DNA of 64,000 nucleotides from an uncultured delta proteobacterium (GCA_963845145.1 CAWJQU010000006.1:1-64000), one strand, 5' to 3'; counted from the first letter of the stretch, positions 18,864 to 29,094 are shown. Notes: a model not told the origin generated them from the sequence alone. Numbers and translations are program-made.

Positions 18864-20120
18864 TTAAATCCTTTCATAGGGTTTTTCCCAGAAAAGTTTG
18901 GGTTCGTGTCCTGTTGTGTTCCACACATATTTTTCCAGTTTGGGGCGTAATGACGAGTCGATTCCACGGGGGGTCGGATATATTAAGCCGTTCAGGACGC
19001 GTTCTAAAATGGACATACTAGCCTTAACATTTCCTTCCAATCCCCGATTGGTCACGCCCTCGGGGGTGTCCAGTGAGGTGTGGTACGCATGAATGCCTTG
19101 CCCACCTGACCGTACCAGATTAATGGACGGAATCTCATAAACGGCAAAAGGCATACAATCGCTGCTGTAGATGTCCATGCTGGTTATATGGCAGATACCG
19201 TCTTCTCTGGTAATGCCGTCAATGTATCCCAATAATTCCCGGCATCCAAGGATCACAGCCTTGTCCACGCCCAAGTCATCTCCGGAAAAATCGATATTGA
19301 TCATCAAGCGGGCCTGTTGCCTTACCTCGGTTTGGTGCTGATCAATATAGGCATGACTACCGATGAGTCCCAACTCCTCGGCAGCAAAGAAAATGACCTT
19401 CAAATCCCGTTGAAATGTTTTGCCTTGGAGTTGATCCAGAATTTTTAATAGACAGGCGACTCCCCCTCCGTTATCCAATGCACCGGGAGATCGGGCCACT
19501 GAGTCATAGTGAGCGGTTAAATAAGTGACGGTGCGGTCTGATGAATTTCCTGGAATATGGACAACAATGTTATCGCTTTGCCGATCCGTGACCGTCTGTT
19601 CGATTTCGATTCGACAGTCCCGGCCGGACAGCTTTGAAAGCGTGGCACCATCTTCATATGACACCACCACGGAATTAATAATCTGATCCGGATACAACAG
19701 CTGTTTGTGGCTGTGGGACATATAATCCCTGGGATTCGTGCTGATGGCAATATATCCCTTGATTTTGTTGCGTTGGAGTGCAGATGTCAGATTCCTTTCA
19801 TACCCCAGCGAGATGATGATATGATCCTCATACCGGCCATTCTCTATGTGGAGCTGCTGATGATTTGTAAGATAGGTAAGCTCGCCTTCAATCCTGCAGG
19901 AATCATTCAAGCCAAAGGGTATGGCCTCAAAAACAGTTTCTCCCACAGTCACCCGGGCAGTTCCTGTGTCAAAGCCTTTGAAATTAACTGGTTCAAGCGT
20001 TGCTTCCCATCCCATTTTTTCAATGGACTCGATGATGATATCCCTGGCCTTCCGGTCGCCAGCAGTCCCTGCCAGCCGGACAAAAGCCAAATCTTGAATT
20101 ATTTTTTTGCCGTCAATCAT
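18864..20120 (-). CDS. M28 family aminopeptidase with PA-like insert
   Basis: TAHYDS, PGALDNGGG, FAAEELGLIGS, NID, YHTSLDT. Confidence 0.92.
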   Translation of the reverse strand: MIDGKKIIQDLAFVRLAGTAGDRKARDIIIESIEKMGWEATLEPVNFKGFDTGTARVTVGETVFEAIPFGLNDSCRIEGELTYLTNHQQLHIENGRYEDHIIISLGYERNLTSALQRNKIKGYIAISTNPRDYMSHSHKQLLYPDQIINSVVVSYEDGATLSKLSGRDCRIEIEQTVTDRQSDNIVVHIPGNSSDRTVTYLTAHYDSVARSPGALDNGGGVACLLKILDQLQGKTFQRDLKVIFFAAEELGLIGSHAYIDQHQTEVRQQARLMINIDFSGDDLGVDKAVILGCRELLGYIDGITREDGICHITSMDIYSSDCMPFAVYEIPSINLVRSGGQGIHAYHTSLDTPEGVTNRGLEGNVKASMSILERVLNGLIYPTPRGIDSSLRPKLEKYVWNTTGHEPKLFWEKPYERI

Positions 20121-20569
20121 GGTGTTTTTTGCAATCCTTATTTTTAGGAACCAATTTCAAAACGGATAAAACGGTATCAATTAATTGGGTTTGAATCAAC
20201 CAGGTAATAAAATAACATATAGAAAAAAATGTATAAAGTGCTATTTAGCCTCCAAATACAACTTGCGATTGAAAAAAAAGGAGGCAACTAAATGAGCACT
20301 CTCTTCGGTATTTAATATAGCATACAAGACCCCCCGTTTCACCAATTTGATGCATTATAAAACGGTTGATCTTCTCAGGGATAGTTTCAACGCGCTGAAG
20401 CGCGAATCGTAACAAGCCATATCTTGCACTGATCACATTTATTGTGGTACTTTGAGAATGACCCAAGCATACGGGCAAAAATTTCAATAATTCCGATTGT
20501 TAATATGTTCTCAAAGTATCCACACTTTCTAAGTTTGTTTTCTAACCCGTTTAATTTCAAATTTGGAAT

Positions 20570-21826
20570 ATGAAGACGAAATATCCAACAGGTAGAGCTG
20601 ACGAGATACGCCGGGAGACTATCTCAAGACGCCAATTTCTAAGATTAACAGGGATAACTGCTGCTGGTTTTCTGGCCGGTCATTGTACTTCAAAGGAAAC
20701 ATCGTTTAAACCTGGAACTCCACTTGCGCTTGTAAATGGTACTCTGATTGATGGGACGGGAGCCAATGCAATGCCAGATGCGGCAATCATCGTCCGTGAT
20801 GATCGAATCACTGCGGTTGGACCACGCCCGGAAATAAAGATCCCTGATAAATCATATGTTGTAAACGTTCATGGAAAAACAATTCTACCGGGCTTTATCA
20901 ATTCTCATGTCCACATGGCCTATAGCAGAAAAAACCTAAGTAAATGGGCTCGTGATGGTGTGACCACAGTTCGCGACCTTGGGACTTCTACACCATATCC
21001 GGAAACGCTATTCAAAACCCGTAATTCGTTAAACGCAAATCCTAAATGTGCACGCCTAAATGCTGTCGGTCTTTTCATTAACGTTGAAGGTGGTTATCCA
21101 GTAGCCCGTTGGGGCGGGTATATGGCGGCCGTCACCTCGCCTGAAGAGGCGAGACAATCTGTGAATAAACTTGTCGATGCTGGTGCTGACGTTATAAAGA
21201 CAGCAATGGAATCGGGCTATGCATTTGGCCAGTCTGGCTGGCCGCTACTCGCGGTGGAAGAGGCCAAAGCACTTGTAGATACCGCGCACGAGCGAGGTAA
21301 GCCTGTCACCGCACACGTGACCAGTGCACATGATCTGAATAGGGCTCTGGACGCCGGTGTGGACGAAATCGCCCATATGGTGGTGGACGAGCTCCCAGAT
21401 GAACTTGTGCAGCGCATGGTGGAAACGGGTACTCGCTGGGTACCAACGCTTGAATTGTGGCAACTTGCGAGCCGTAAATATCCTGTCAATTATGGAGAAG
21501 TCTCCATTAAAAACCTTGCACGCTTCGTTGAGGCCGGAGGAGAAGTCGCACTGGGTACGGATTATGCTGGAGCTCCTCAAATGGCTTTCGAGTTAGGCAT
21601 GCCTATTGGTGAGATTGAATGGATGAAGGAAGCGGGGATGACACCTATGCAGATCATTGTTTCTGCGACTAAGAACGCCGCTCGTGCATGCAACATGGAA
21701 GGTCAACTCGGCACACTTGAGGTAGGTAAACTGGCCGATGTTTTTGTCGTGGATGGAGATCCATTGACCGATATTCATGCATTGACTAAAGCACACTTGG
21801 TACTTCGCGAAGGGAAATTAGTATAG
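20570..21826 (+). CDS. Tat-signal amidohydrolase family protein
   Basis: SRRQFL; PGFINSHVH, GVTTVRDLG, VTAH, IAH, GTD, GTLEVGKLAD. Confidence 0.92.
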   Translation: MKTKYPTGRADEIRRETISRRQFLRLTGITAAGFLAGHCTSKETSFKPGTPLALVNGTLIDGTGANAMPDAAIIVRDDRITAVGPRPEIKIPDKSYVVNVHGKTILPGFINSHVHMAYSRKNLSKWARDGVTTVRDLGTSTPYPETLFKTRNSLNANPKCARLNAVGLFINVEGGYPVARWGGYMAAVTSPEEARQSVNKLVDAGADVIKTAMESGYAFGQSGWPLLAVEEAKALVDTAHERGKPVTAHVTSAHDLNRALDAGVDEIAHMVVDELPDELVQRMVETGTRWVPTLELWQLASRKYPVNYGEVSIKNLARFVEAGGEVALGTDYAGAPQMAFELGMPIGEIEWMKEAGMTPMQIIVSATKNAARACNMEGQLGTLEVGKLADVFVVDGDPLTDIHALTKAHLVLREGKLV

Positions 21827-22041
21827 CCTCAACGCATCGGAAAAATCGAAGGGGTGCTTTTTGGGTAGATCGCTATCGTGCAACCACGATTGAGTCAGGC
21901 ACGCATCTGTTACGTTTTGTCCCAATATTTCACCACCTACCAAAGTCTTCAATGTTGTTTGAAAAAATACGTTTAATAGACTATAAACAATTCATCCCTA
22001 TTCTGAGCCACCCTATCTAAACCTCAAAAGAGGGTGTCAGC

Positions 22042-22816
22042 ATGACTGAAGACAATGTCAAACGCAAAACCACCGCTAAACTCTCCACGGATGCAAAATT
22101 GAAACCCAAATTATCAGAAAAAAACAGGCTGTCGCGAAGAACATTTTTAAAATGCACGGGTACCATTGTTTTTGCAATGGGAAGCAGTTGCTATCTACTG
22201 AGTGGATGCAGGATCAAAGAAGACGTATCAGGAATAGCCGTCTCAGATGGATACCTTGTGGTTGATGTTAGAAAATGCCAGGGTTGCATCAGCTGCATGC
22301 TGGCCTGTTCCCTGGTTCATGAAGGCGCACATAACCCTTCTCTTTCCAGGATACAGATCTTACAGGATTCATTTGGAAAATTTCCAGATGATCTGGCCAT
22401 TGAGCAATGCCGGCAATGCAAAGAACCTGCCTGTGTGGAAAGCTGCCCTGAAGATGCTCTTAAAGCCAATCCTGAATTTGGATACGTGCGTATGGTGGAT
22501 AAAGAAAAATGCACTGGTTGCGGCAGTTGTTTTGAAGCCTGCCCATACACCCCGACAAGGCTTTCGGTTATGGTAGATGAAAACTTTAACCGAGAATTGA
22601 AAAGCCGGAAGTGCGATCTATGTGCCAATGCTCCCCATCACTGGGATGAAAAAGGCGGCGGGCCGGAGGGCAAACAGGCTTGCGTGGAAATCTGCCCTGT
22701 GGGCGCCATTGCCTTTACTAAAAAGCTCCCGATGCCAAAAAGGAAGCTCAGGGTATAAAGTCAATCTCAGGGACAAAAACTGGGCAAAACTGGGCTATCT
22801 CAAACGCTTAAACTGA
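22042..22816 (+). CDS. Tat-signal 4Fe-4S ferredoxin subunit (DmsB/YdhY-like); frameshift at about 22740
   Basis: SRRTFLK; CxxCxxCxxxC motifs; KCDLC...ACVEICPVGAI; C-terminus continues in the 22622-22816 frame. Confidence 0.88.
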
Positions 22817-22858
22817 ACCATGGATTCGGTTAATGCGGCCGAACGCCGGAGGTTTTTT

Positions 22859-24952
22859 ATGAACGGATATGCAGGCAACCTTTTAAGTATTAACCTGAGT
22901 ACCCGAAACGTTATCACTATCCCCACTAAAAAATACGAGCAATGGGTAGGCGGGCATGGGATGGGCTCAGCCATATTTTTTGATCTTGTAAAAGATAAAA
23001 CCATCGACGGATTTGACCCTGAAAATCTCATCACCCTAATGAGCTCTCCATTATGTGGTACCCTGGTACCCTCGGGTGCTGCCAGAACTGAAATTCAAGG
23101 GATTGGTGTCCAGTCCCTTCCCATTGGATGGTTTACCCGCAGTAATTTTGGGGGACGGTTCTCAGCCATGCTCAAATATGCCGGCTGGGACGGCATCATC
23201 ATCCAGGGACAGGCAGACAGCCGGGTATGGATTGATATAAGGAATCAGGATGTAAAAATAAGGGAATGCGATGATTTGGGCTTATGGGGGACCGATACCT
23301 GGGAATGCCAGAAGACCATATGGAAGGAGGTGGCCGGAGACGGGGTTTACGGCGACTGGATTAAGGTCAATGAAAAAGGCGATATGACCACTCAACGACC
23401 TGCTGTCCTTGCCATTGGCCCTGCAGGTGAAAACTTAAGCCGGATGGCCTGCCTGATCCATGATGCCGGTAATGGCGCCGGCCAGGGCGGCTTTGGTGCA
23501 GTGTTCGGGAAAAAAGGCCTCAAGGCTATCAGCGTCATAGGTACCGGCAGCATTCGGGTGAATGATCCAAAAGCCTTGATGAAGTCCCGGCTATGGCTGA
23601 AAAAGGCGTATTCATTTGATTTAAAAAACTTGAAATTTGATACATTTGTCATGGGGTTCCAGAGCCCACCCGTACCCATGGCCCTGTACAGGTTTGGAAA
23701 GCCCAGGGTCGGCCAAAGGCCCCAGGCATGTGTGGGATGTACTGCCGGCTGCAGGGGCCGCTATGAAGACGGCATCGGAAACGAGGCAATCTGCTACGCC
23801 TCCCTATTTTACTACCTGGGGAAAAACCTTTTAATCCAGCGCCAGGCTTCTGATCTCATCAACCGCTATGGTTTAAACGCGGCAGAGATGTTTATAGGAG
23901 AGCTTTACTTAAGAAAGCTCAGGGACATGGGCGTTATCGGAAAAGGAAAAGAGATTGACTGCCCCCTTGATTTTAAACAATACGGGGAACTGGCATTTGC
24001 TGAGCAGCTGGTCAAAGCCATTTCCTATCGGAATGATGGAAACGGAAATCCCCATCCTTTCGGTGATATTCTTGCCGAAGGTTTCGTTAGGGCTGCAAAG
24101 AAATGGGGCCGACTGGAAGGGGAAGAATCTGATCTGAAAACCGGCCTCCTAAAGTTCCCCCATTGGGGACTGCCCAAGCACAAGCTGGAGAGGTCCCAGC
24201 TAGACTGGGCCTACGGAACCATTTTAGGGGACCGCGATATAAATGAACACTGCTTTGATCTACTAAGAGAATTTCCAACGTATTTTAAACGAACTGGCAA
24301 AAAACTACCTCCTTCCGAAGGCGTAGTCAAAACCATTACAGCCAAAATGGAACCCTTCCAGGGGGACTTAAAAATGCTCGATTTCAGCACGGAAAATATG
24401 TACTCGGAACATATGATCAAGCTGGTCAGCTGGCACCGGTATTATACCCGGTTCTGGAAGCAGTCTGCACAATTATGCGATTTCCGCTGGCCTGATTTTC
24501 TCAACCTTTATGGACCGAGCAATGTCGGTGTTACGGGCATTGGCGAACAAAGATTCTTTAATGACGTAACCGGTCTAGACTTCACCTTTCTGGATGGTAT
24601 CAACCTCGGCAAAAGGATTTGGAATCTGGACAATGCCATCTGGACTCTCCAGGGAAGGCACAGGGATATGGTCCGGTTCGCAGACTACGTCTACACTAAT
24701 CCTGGCACGACTCCCAGCGGATACTCTGAATATATGCCAGGGATGCGGAACGGGAAATGGGATTATGTGATTACTTCGGGAAGGCATTTTGACACGGTTA
24801 AGTTTGAAGATTTCAAAACCCGCTTCTATCAGTACCAGGGATGGGATGAAAAGACCGGTTATCCAAAAAGGAAGACACTGGAATCCCTTGACCTTAAAAA
24901 TGTTGCAGATGAACTTGAAGAGAAAGGGAAACTAGGAAGGGCAATGGCATAA
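22859..24952 (+). CDS. Aldehyde:ferredoxin oxidoreductase family protein (tungstopterin)
   Basis: GGAGG RBS; GYAGNLLSINLS, SNFGGRF, LKYAGWDGIII, IGPAGEN, GGFGAVFGKKGLKAI, CxxCxxxC, GWDEKTGYP. Confidence 0.92.
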   Translation: MNGYAGNLLSINLSTRNVITIPTKKYEQWVGGHGMGSAIFFDLVKDKTIDGFDPENLITLMSSPLCGTLVPSGAARTEIQGIGVQSLPIGWFTRSNFGGRFSAMLKYAGWDGIIIQGQADSRVWIDIRNQDVKIRECDDLGLWGTDTWECQKTIWKEVAGDGVYGDWIKVNEKGDMTTQRPAVLAIGPAGENLSRMACLIHDAGNGAGQGGFGAVFGKKGLKAISVIGTGSIRVNDPKALMKSRLWLKKAYSFDLKNLKFDTFVMGFQSPPVPMALYRFGKPRVGQRPQACVGCTAGCRGRYEDGIGNEAICYASLFYYLGKNLLIQRQASDLINRYGLNAAEMFIGELYLRKLRDMGVIGKGKEIDCPLDFKQYGELAFAEQLVKAISYRNDGNGNPHPFGDILAEGFVRAAKKWGRLEGEESDLKTGLLKFPHWGLPKHKLERSQLDWAYGTILGDRDINEHCFDLLREFPTYFKRTGKKLPPSEGVVKTITAKMEPFQGDLKMLDFSTENMYSEHMIKLVSWHRYYTRFWKQSAQLCDFRWPDFLNLYGPSNVGVTGIGEQRFFNDVTGLDFTFLDGINLGKRIWNLDNAIWTLQGRHRDMVRFADYVYTNPGTTPSGYSEYMPGMRNGKWDYVITSGRHFDTVKFEDFKTRFYQYQGWDEKTGYPKRKTLESLDLKNVADELEEKGKLGRAMA

Positions 24953-25111
24953 AACACAAAGACTTATATTTTACCTTGCCTAAATATTTAAAATTGACAT
25001 TTGTTGCTGCATAATGCATGAATATTTTTATTATTTAATGGTGACAAAATTACGACTGAAGGTGTAAAATCTGTGCAAACTGTCCCAAACCCGCATTCGA
25101 CGTGCAATGTT

Positions 25112-25139
25112 TTCGGTTCGAATCCGGATGCCGCCTCCA
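25112..25139 (+). repeat. Diverged tRNA-Cys 3' fragment (attR-like)
   Basis: ttcgg-ttcgaat-ccgga-tgccgcctcca versus atcag-ttcgaat-ctgat-tgccgcctcca in tRNA-Cys. Confidence 0.8.
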
Positions 25140-25220
25140 ACTCAGGGAACGCCTTCTCAACCAACTTTCAACATGTTACCTGCCATTTCATCATCAACCT
25201 TTTGACACAAAGGAGCCCAC

Positions 25221-25622
25221 GTGAGCTATCGATTCCTTATCCCAATGGTTCTGTTCGGTCTTATTTTTTTAATAACAGGCTGTGTCTGCCCCAATCGAGA
25301 CGGTCGTTCGGCCCCGGATGGGGACAGGCTGCCCTTATCCGATAAACAGCCGTTAGCGACAACACCTCCTGCGCCTGGCTCGGTGGGCCAGAAATACATG
25401 CGCGGAGAAGTTATCGTTAAGCTGAAAACCGGTGTCGGCGCCAGGAGTCTGGACGGTCTTTCCAGAGAACTGGGGCTTGAATTGATGCAGCCGATGCCAA
25501 TGGCGGATACATATTTGATGCGTATAACCGGTGGGGATACGGTTGAACGTATGGTTAAAATGCTTAATTCTTATAAAATGGTGGATTATGCTGAACCCAA
25601 TTTTAATACCGAGACGAATTAG
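25221..25622 (+). CDS. Lipoprotein consisting of a stand-alone subtilase prodomain (I9/fervidolysin-like)
   Basis: AGGAG RBS, lipobox ITGC; YMRGEVIVKLK...VDYAEPNF mirrors the prodomain of the next gene. Confidence 0.75.
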   Translation: MSYRFLIPMVLFGLIFLITGCVCPNRDGRSAPDGDRLPLSDKQPLATTPPAPGSVGQKYMRGEVIVKLKTGVGARSLDGLSRELGLELMQPMPMADTYLMRITGGDTVERMVKMLNSYKMVDYAEPNFNTETN

Positions 25623-25636
25623 GGAGGAGTAAGCAG

Positions 25637-27088
25637 ATGAAAAAATTTCTGATTCTTATTGCCGCTTGTTTAATCCTTATGCCCGCCTTTGTGGGAGCCA
25701 TCGAACTCACACCCAAAGGGGAAGGTGCCGGTGCGAATGCGGCTCAAATTGAAGAGGCCCAGGTGTATGTCCCCGGTGAAATTTTGGTTAAGCATAAAGA
25801 CGCCGCAAGCACTGCTGCTGAAGAAGATGTACCGTTTTTGCAGGGGTGGGTGACCAAGACCAAACTTCCCACATTGAATACAATGGTCTATAAATTGCCT
25901 GAAGGAATGGATGTCGAAACGGCCATTGCCGAGCTCAAAAACGATCCACGTGTGGAATATGCCGAACCTAATTATTACGCCAGACCCACGGCGTTTCCCA
26001 ACGACCCCGCTTTTTCCGCCCAATGGGGTTTGTACAACACCGGCCAGTCTGTCCGTGGCGTTGCGGGGAGACCGGGGGCGGACATCAATGCACCGCCCGC
26101 CTGGGATCGTTCTATCGGCAATGGCAATATTATTGTCGCCATCATCGATACCGGGGTTGATATTCTTCACCCCGATATTCGCCCTAATTTATGGGTCAAT
26201 CAGAGTGAGTTGGCCGGATACGGATCGCTTGCAGCCTGGCAACCCAATGGCGTTGATGATGATGGTAACGGATATGTAGACGATGTGGTTGGTTGGGACT
26301 TTTTCTTTAACGTAAACAATCCCAATGATGAAGTCGATGGCCATGGCACCCATGTGGCCGGTATTGCCGCTGCGCGTGGTAATAATGGTGGCGGTGTCAC
26401 CGGTGTTGCCTGGCAGGCCCGCATTATGGCACTGGCTGCTCAGAACTATGCCAGCCGCAGCCTACCCATTGACGCGCTTGCCCGGGCATTGATCTATGCG
26501 GAGTCCATGGGCGCCCATGTAATCAATATGAGTCTGGGCCTGTATCAAAATTCTCAAACGTTGCGGAACGCCGTAAATTCCGTTCGCCGTGCGGTGATCG
26601 TTTGTGCGGCCGGAAATGATGGGTCGAATAACGATGTTCGACCGCACTATCCGTCCAGTTATCCCAATCCCAATATCGTTTCGGTCGCTGCAACCAATTC
26701 CTTTGATCAGCGCGCATCGTTCTCTAACTTCGGTCGGAATTCTGTGGATGTTGCCGCACCCGGCACCAATATTTATAGTACCTTTAGCCGTTTTGTCGAT
26801 GCGGGTGGTTATCGGTTTTTAAGCGGTACGTCCATGGCCTCGCCCATGGTGGCCGGATTGGCGGTCCTGATCCGTGCTGCCAACCGCGACCTCTCCTCGA
26901 CACAGGTCGCAGCCATTATTGATGACAGCGTGGATAGGCTGGCCGCACTGGCCAGTCTTATGGCTGCGGGCGGGCGAATCAATGCCGCAGAGGCCCTGCG
27001 ATTGGCCGGGGCAACCGGTGGAGATGACGGTGGTGGTGGTGACAGCGGCTGCTTCATTCAGACGCTTGGCAATACACCTTTGAAATGA
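25637..27088 (+). CDS. Secreted S8 subtilisin-like serine protease with C-terminal Gly-rich CFI motif
   Basis: VAIIDTG, HGTHVAG, AAGN, SGTSMASP triad motifs; ends GGGGDSGCFIQTL (CFI-box-CTERM-like). Confidence 0.95.
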   Translation: MKKFLILIAACLILMPAFVGAIELTPKGEGAGANAAQIEEAQVYVPGEILVKHKDAASTAAEEDVPFLQGWVTKTKLPTLNTMVYKLPEGMDVETAIAELKNDPRVEYAEPNYYARPTAFPNDPAFSAQWGLYNTGQSVRGVAGRPGADINAPPAWDRSIGNGNIIVAIIDTGVDILHPDIRPNLWVNQSELAGYGSLAAWQPNGVDDDGNGYVDDVVGWDFFFNVNNPNDEVDGHGTHVAGIAAARGNNGGGVTGVAWQARIMALAAQNYASRSLPIDALARALIYAESMGAHVINMSLGLYQNSQTLRNAVNSVRRAVIVCAAGNDGSNNDVRPHYPSSYPNPNIVSVAATNSFDQRASFSNFGRNSVDVAAPGTNIYSTFSRFVDAGGYRFLSGTSMASPMVAGLAVLIRAANRDLSSTQVAAIIDDSVDRLAALASLMAAGGRINAAEALRLAGATGGDDGGGGDSGCFIQTLGNTPLK

Positions 27089-27112
27089 TTGATATCGCAA
27101 AATCTTTAAACG

Positions 27113-28390
27113 ATGAAAGTTGAAATCCTGGCCACCGGAGATGAGATACGCTCCGGTGCCTTAATTGACAGTAATTCGGCCTATATTGCCACACGGCTCG
27201 AACAAGAGGGCTTGGAAGTCACCCGTCATCACTGCCTTGGCGATGATATTGATGTGCTTGCAACATCTTTTCGAGAGGTTGCAAGCAGAGCGGATGTGGC
27301 TTTGGTTACCGGTGGCCTGGGACCCACCGAAGACGACTTGACAACGGCCGCCATGGCCCAGGCTGCGGGCGTTGAGTTAGCGGTCGATGAAGATGCCCTG
27401 ATCGCTATCGAAGCCTACTTTGCTCGTCTCAAGCGTTTTATGCCCCGGTCAAATTGTAAGCAGGCCGAATTCCCCCTCGGTAGCGAGGTGATCGCCAACC
27501 CCATCGGTACGGCCCCCGGATTCAGTATCAAATGGCAGGGCTGTACTTTCTTTTGTCTTCCCGGGGTTCCAAGGGAGATGCGGAAAATGTTGACCGATGA
27601 GGTTCTCCCGCGTGTGAGAATCCTTGTGGGAAACCATCGGCAATTTTCGATCATTCGGACGTTGTCCACATTTGGATCTACAGAATCGATGATCGGAGAG
27701 AAATTGACCGATATAACCGCCGGTTTCCCAGATATCAAGCTCGGACTCAGGGCCAAATTTCCTGAGATTCAGGTGCGGTTGTATGGGCGTGGTGACGATG
27801 AGGCCCGACTGACGGATCATATGGCCACAGTTGCGGGAAGGGTGGGGGAGCGGCTGGGAAACATCGTTTTTTCCCAGGCAGGAAGCCCCATGGCGGTCGT
27901 TGTAGGTGACCTGTTGATTAAAAACGATGCGACGATAGCCCTGGCCGAAAGCTGCACCGGCGGGTTAATCGCCCATTTATTGACGAACGTTCCCGGCAGT
28001 TCCGCATTCTTTCTGTTTTCAGGCGTAACCTATGCCAATGAAGCTAAAATGAATGTTCTGGGCGTACCTGAAGAAACCATCATCGGCTATGGCGCCGTCT
28101 CCACCCAGACGGTAAAACACATGGCCACCGGTGCACGTAAAATTGTCAACGCCACCTATGGTTTGGCAACCAGTGGCATTGCGGGGCCGGATGGCGGCAG
28201 TGATGAGAAGCCTGTGGGGACGGTGTGCATCGGCTTGACGGATGCGCATGAACCCACGGCACGGCGATTCTATTTTCCCTTTGGCGGTCGTACGGCGAAG
28301 AAGAAACTCTTCGCGATGGCCGCGTTGGATACCCTTAGGCGTCACATTTTAGGCATCGAAGCGCTTGACTTGTCGCCAAAGAGACCTTAA
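27113..28390 (+). CDS. cinA: CinA family protein (MoCF/CinA N-terminus plus PncC NMN deamidase domain)
   Basis: TGDEIRSGALIDSN, GGLGPTEDDLT, LPGVPREM, AESCTGG, SGIAGPDGG. Confidence 0.95.
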   Translation: MKVEILATGDEIRSGALIDSNSAYIATRLEQEGLEVTRHHCLGDDIDVLATSFREVASRADVALVTGGLGPTEDDLTTAAMAQAAGVELAVDEDALIAIEAYFARLKRFMPRSNCKQAEFPLGSEVIANPIGTAPGFSIKWQGCTFFCLPGVPREMRKMLTDEVLPRVRILVGNHRQFSIIRTLSTFGSTESMIGEKLTDITAGFPDIKLGLRAKFPEIQVRLYGRGDDEARLTDHMATVAGRVGERLGNIVFSQAGSPMAVVVGDLLIKNDATIALAESCTGGLIAHLLTNVPGSSAFFLFSGVTYANEAKMNVLGVPEETIIGYGAVSTQTVKHMATGARKIVNATYGLATSGIAGPDGGSDEKPVGTVCIGLTDAHEPTARRFYFPFGGRTAKKKLFAMAALDTLRRHILGIEALDLSPKRP

Positions 28391-28462
28391 TTCTTATTAA
28401 TTGGGCAAAAGGCCTTTTTGGCCATTTGTGTTTCAGGAAGCTCGTTTCAGGAACCTGTGGTT

Positions 28463-28900
28463 ATGCATCGCCGACTTATCCGTAAAAATTTTTGTTTGGC
28501 ACTAACGCTGGTGTTGTTGGTCGGTTTTACCAGCCCAGTGATGGCGGCTGATTGCGACTGTATGTGCTGTGGTTCTGTCACCAAAGGGATCACCCAGGGG
28601 CACGAACAAAACGTGTCATTTAAAATGAATTCAGGGCAGGCTATGCCTCCTGAAGGCCCCCATGGATCCGGTTGTAACCATTGTACGTTCAACCCTATGG
28701 ACAGTCCTGTGGACAGTCCTGAGGCGGTCCTATCGCCACCATCGTTTTTTTCCAAACACTCCCAAACGCCGGGCCGGTTGATAGCGGCTAAGGCCTCATC
28801 CTTTTTACCGCATTTTAATAAGATCGAAAACAACTCAGACCCCCTATTGTTGTACAGTTCAGCACCCATTTATCTGAAAACGCTCGCCATACGCATTTAA
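28463..28900 (+). CDS. Hypothetical Cys/His-rich exported protein
   Basis: Signal-like N-terminus, CDCMCC and CxxC motifs, terminal PIYLKTLAIRI; upstream of a metal-related ABC operon. Confidence 0.45.
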   Translation: MHRRLIRKNFCLALTLVLLVGFTSPVMAADCDCMCCGSVTKGITQGHEQNVSFKMNSGQAMPPEGPHGSGCNHCTFNPMDSPVDSPEAVLSPPSFFSKHSQTPGRLIAAKASSFLPHFNKIENNSDPLLLYSSAPIYLKTLAIRI

Positions 28901-28950
28901 AAATCCTCATTTTTTCTTAAAGAAATCAGTCACAATCCGTCTATCTGAAT

Positions 28951-28998
28951 AATCGATACGTTGTACAATCGACACGTTGTATAGTCGATACGGTTTAC
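28951..28998. repeat. 16-bp tandem repeat x3
   Basis: aatcgatacgttgtac / aatcgacacgttgtat / agtcgatacggtttac. Confidence 0.85.
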
Positions 28999-29094
28999 CA
29001 TTGGCGATTAGATGTTTTTACCCGATTCCTTCGTCAATGACACGATTTACATCTTTGTGGCGGTACCTTAAAAAATGACCAACATAATGAAATA

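Larger units (their letters stand above)
3385..25139. mobile_element. tRNA-Cys-anchored genomic island (degenerate satellite/prophage plus cargo)
   Basis: Begins right after tRNA-Cys with phage-type genes and ends at a 21/24-nt copy of the tRNA-Cys 3' end (25116-25139). Confidence 0.65.

Noticed and set aside
22820..22858. ERRRFF upstream of AOR as a Tat signal
   Set aside because: No hydrophobic region follows, and the sequence coincides with the GGAGG RBS for the ATG at 22859.
3385..25139. An integrase for the island
   Set aside because: No tyrosine or serine recombinase ORF was found at either end or inside the island.
28951..28998. Short repeat arrays (also 33777, 46169, 47675) as CRISPR arrays
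   Set aside because: Units are 22 bp or shorter, lack unique 30-40 bp spacers, and no cas genes are present.
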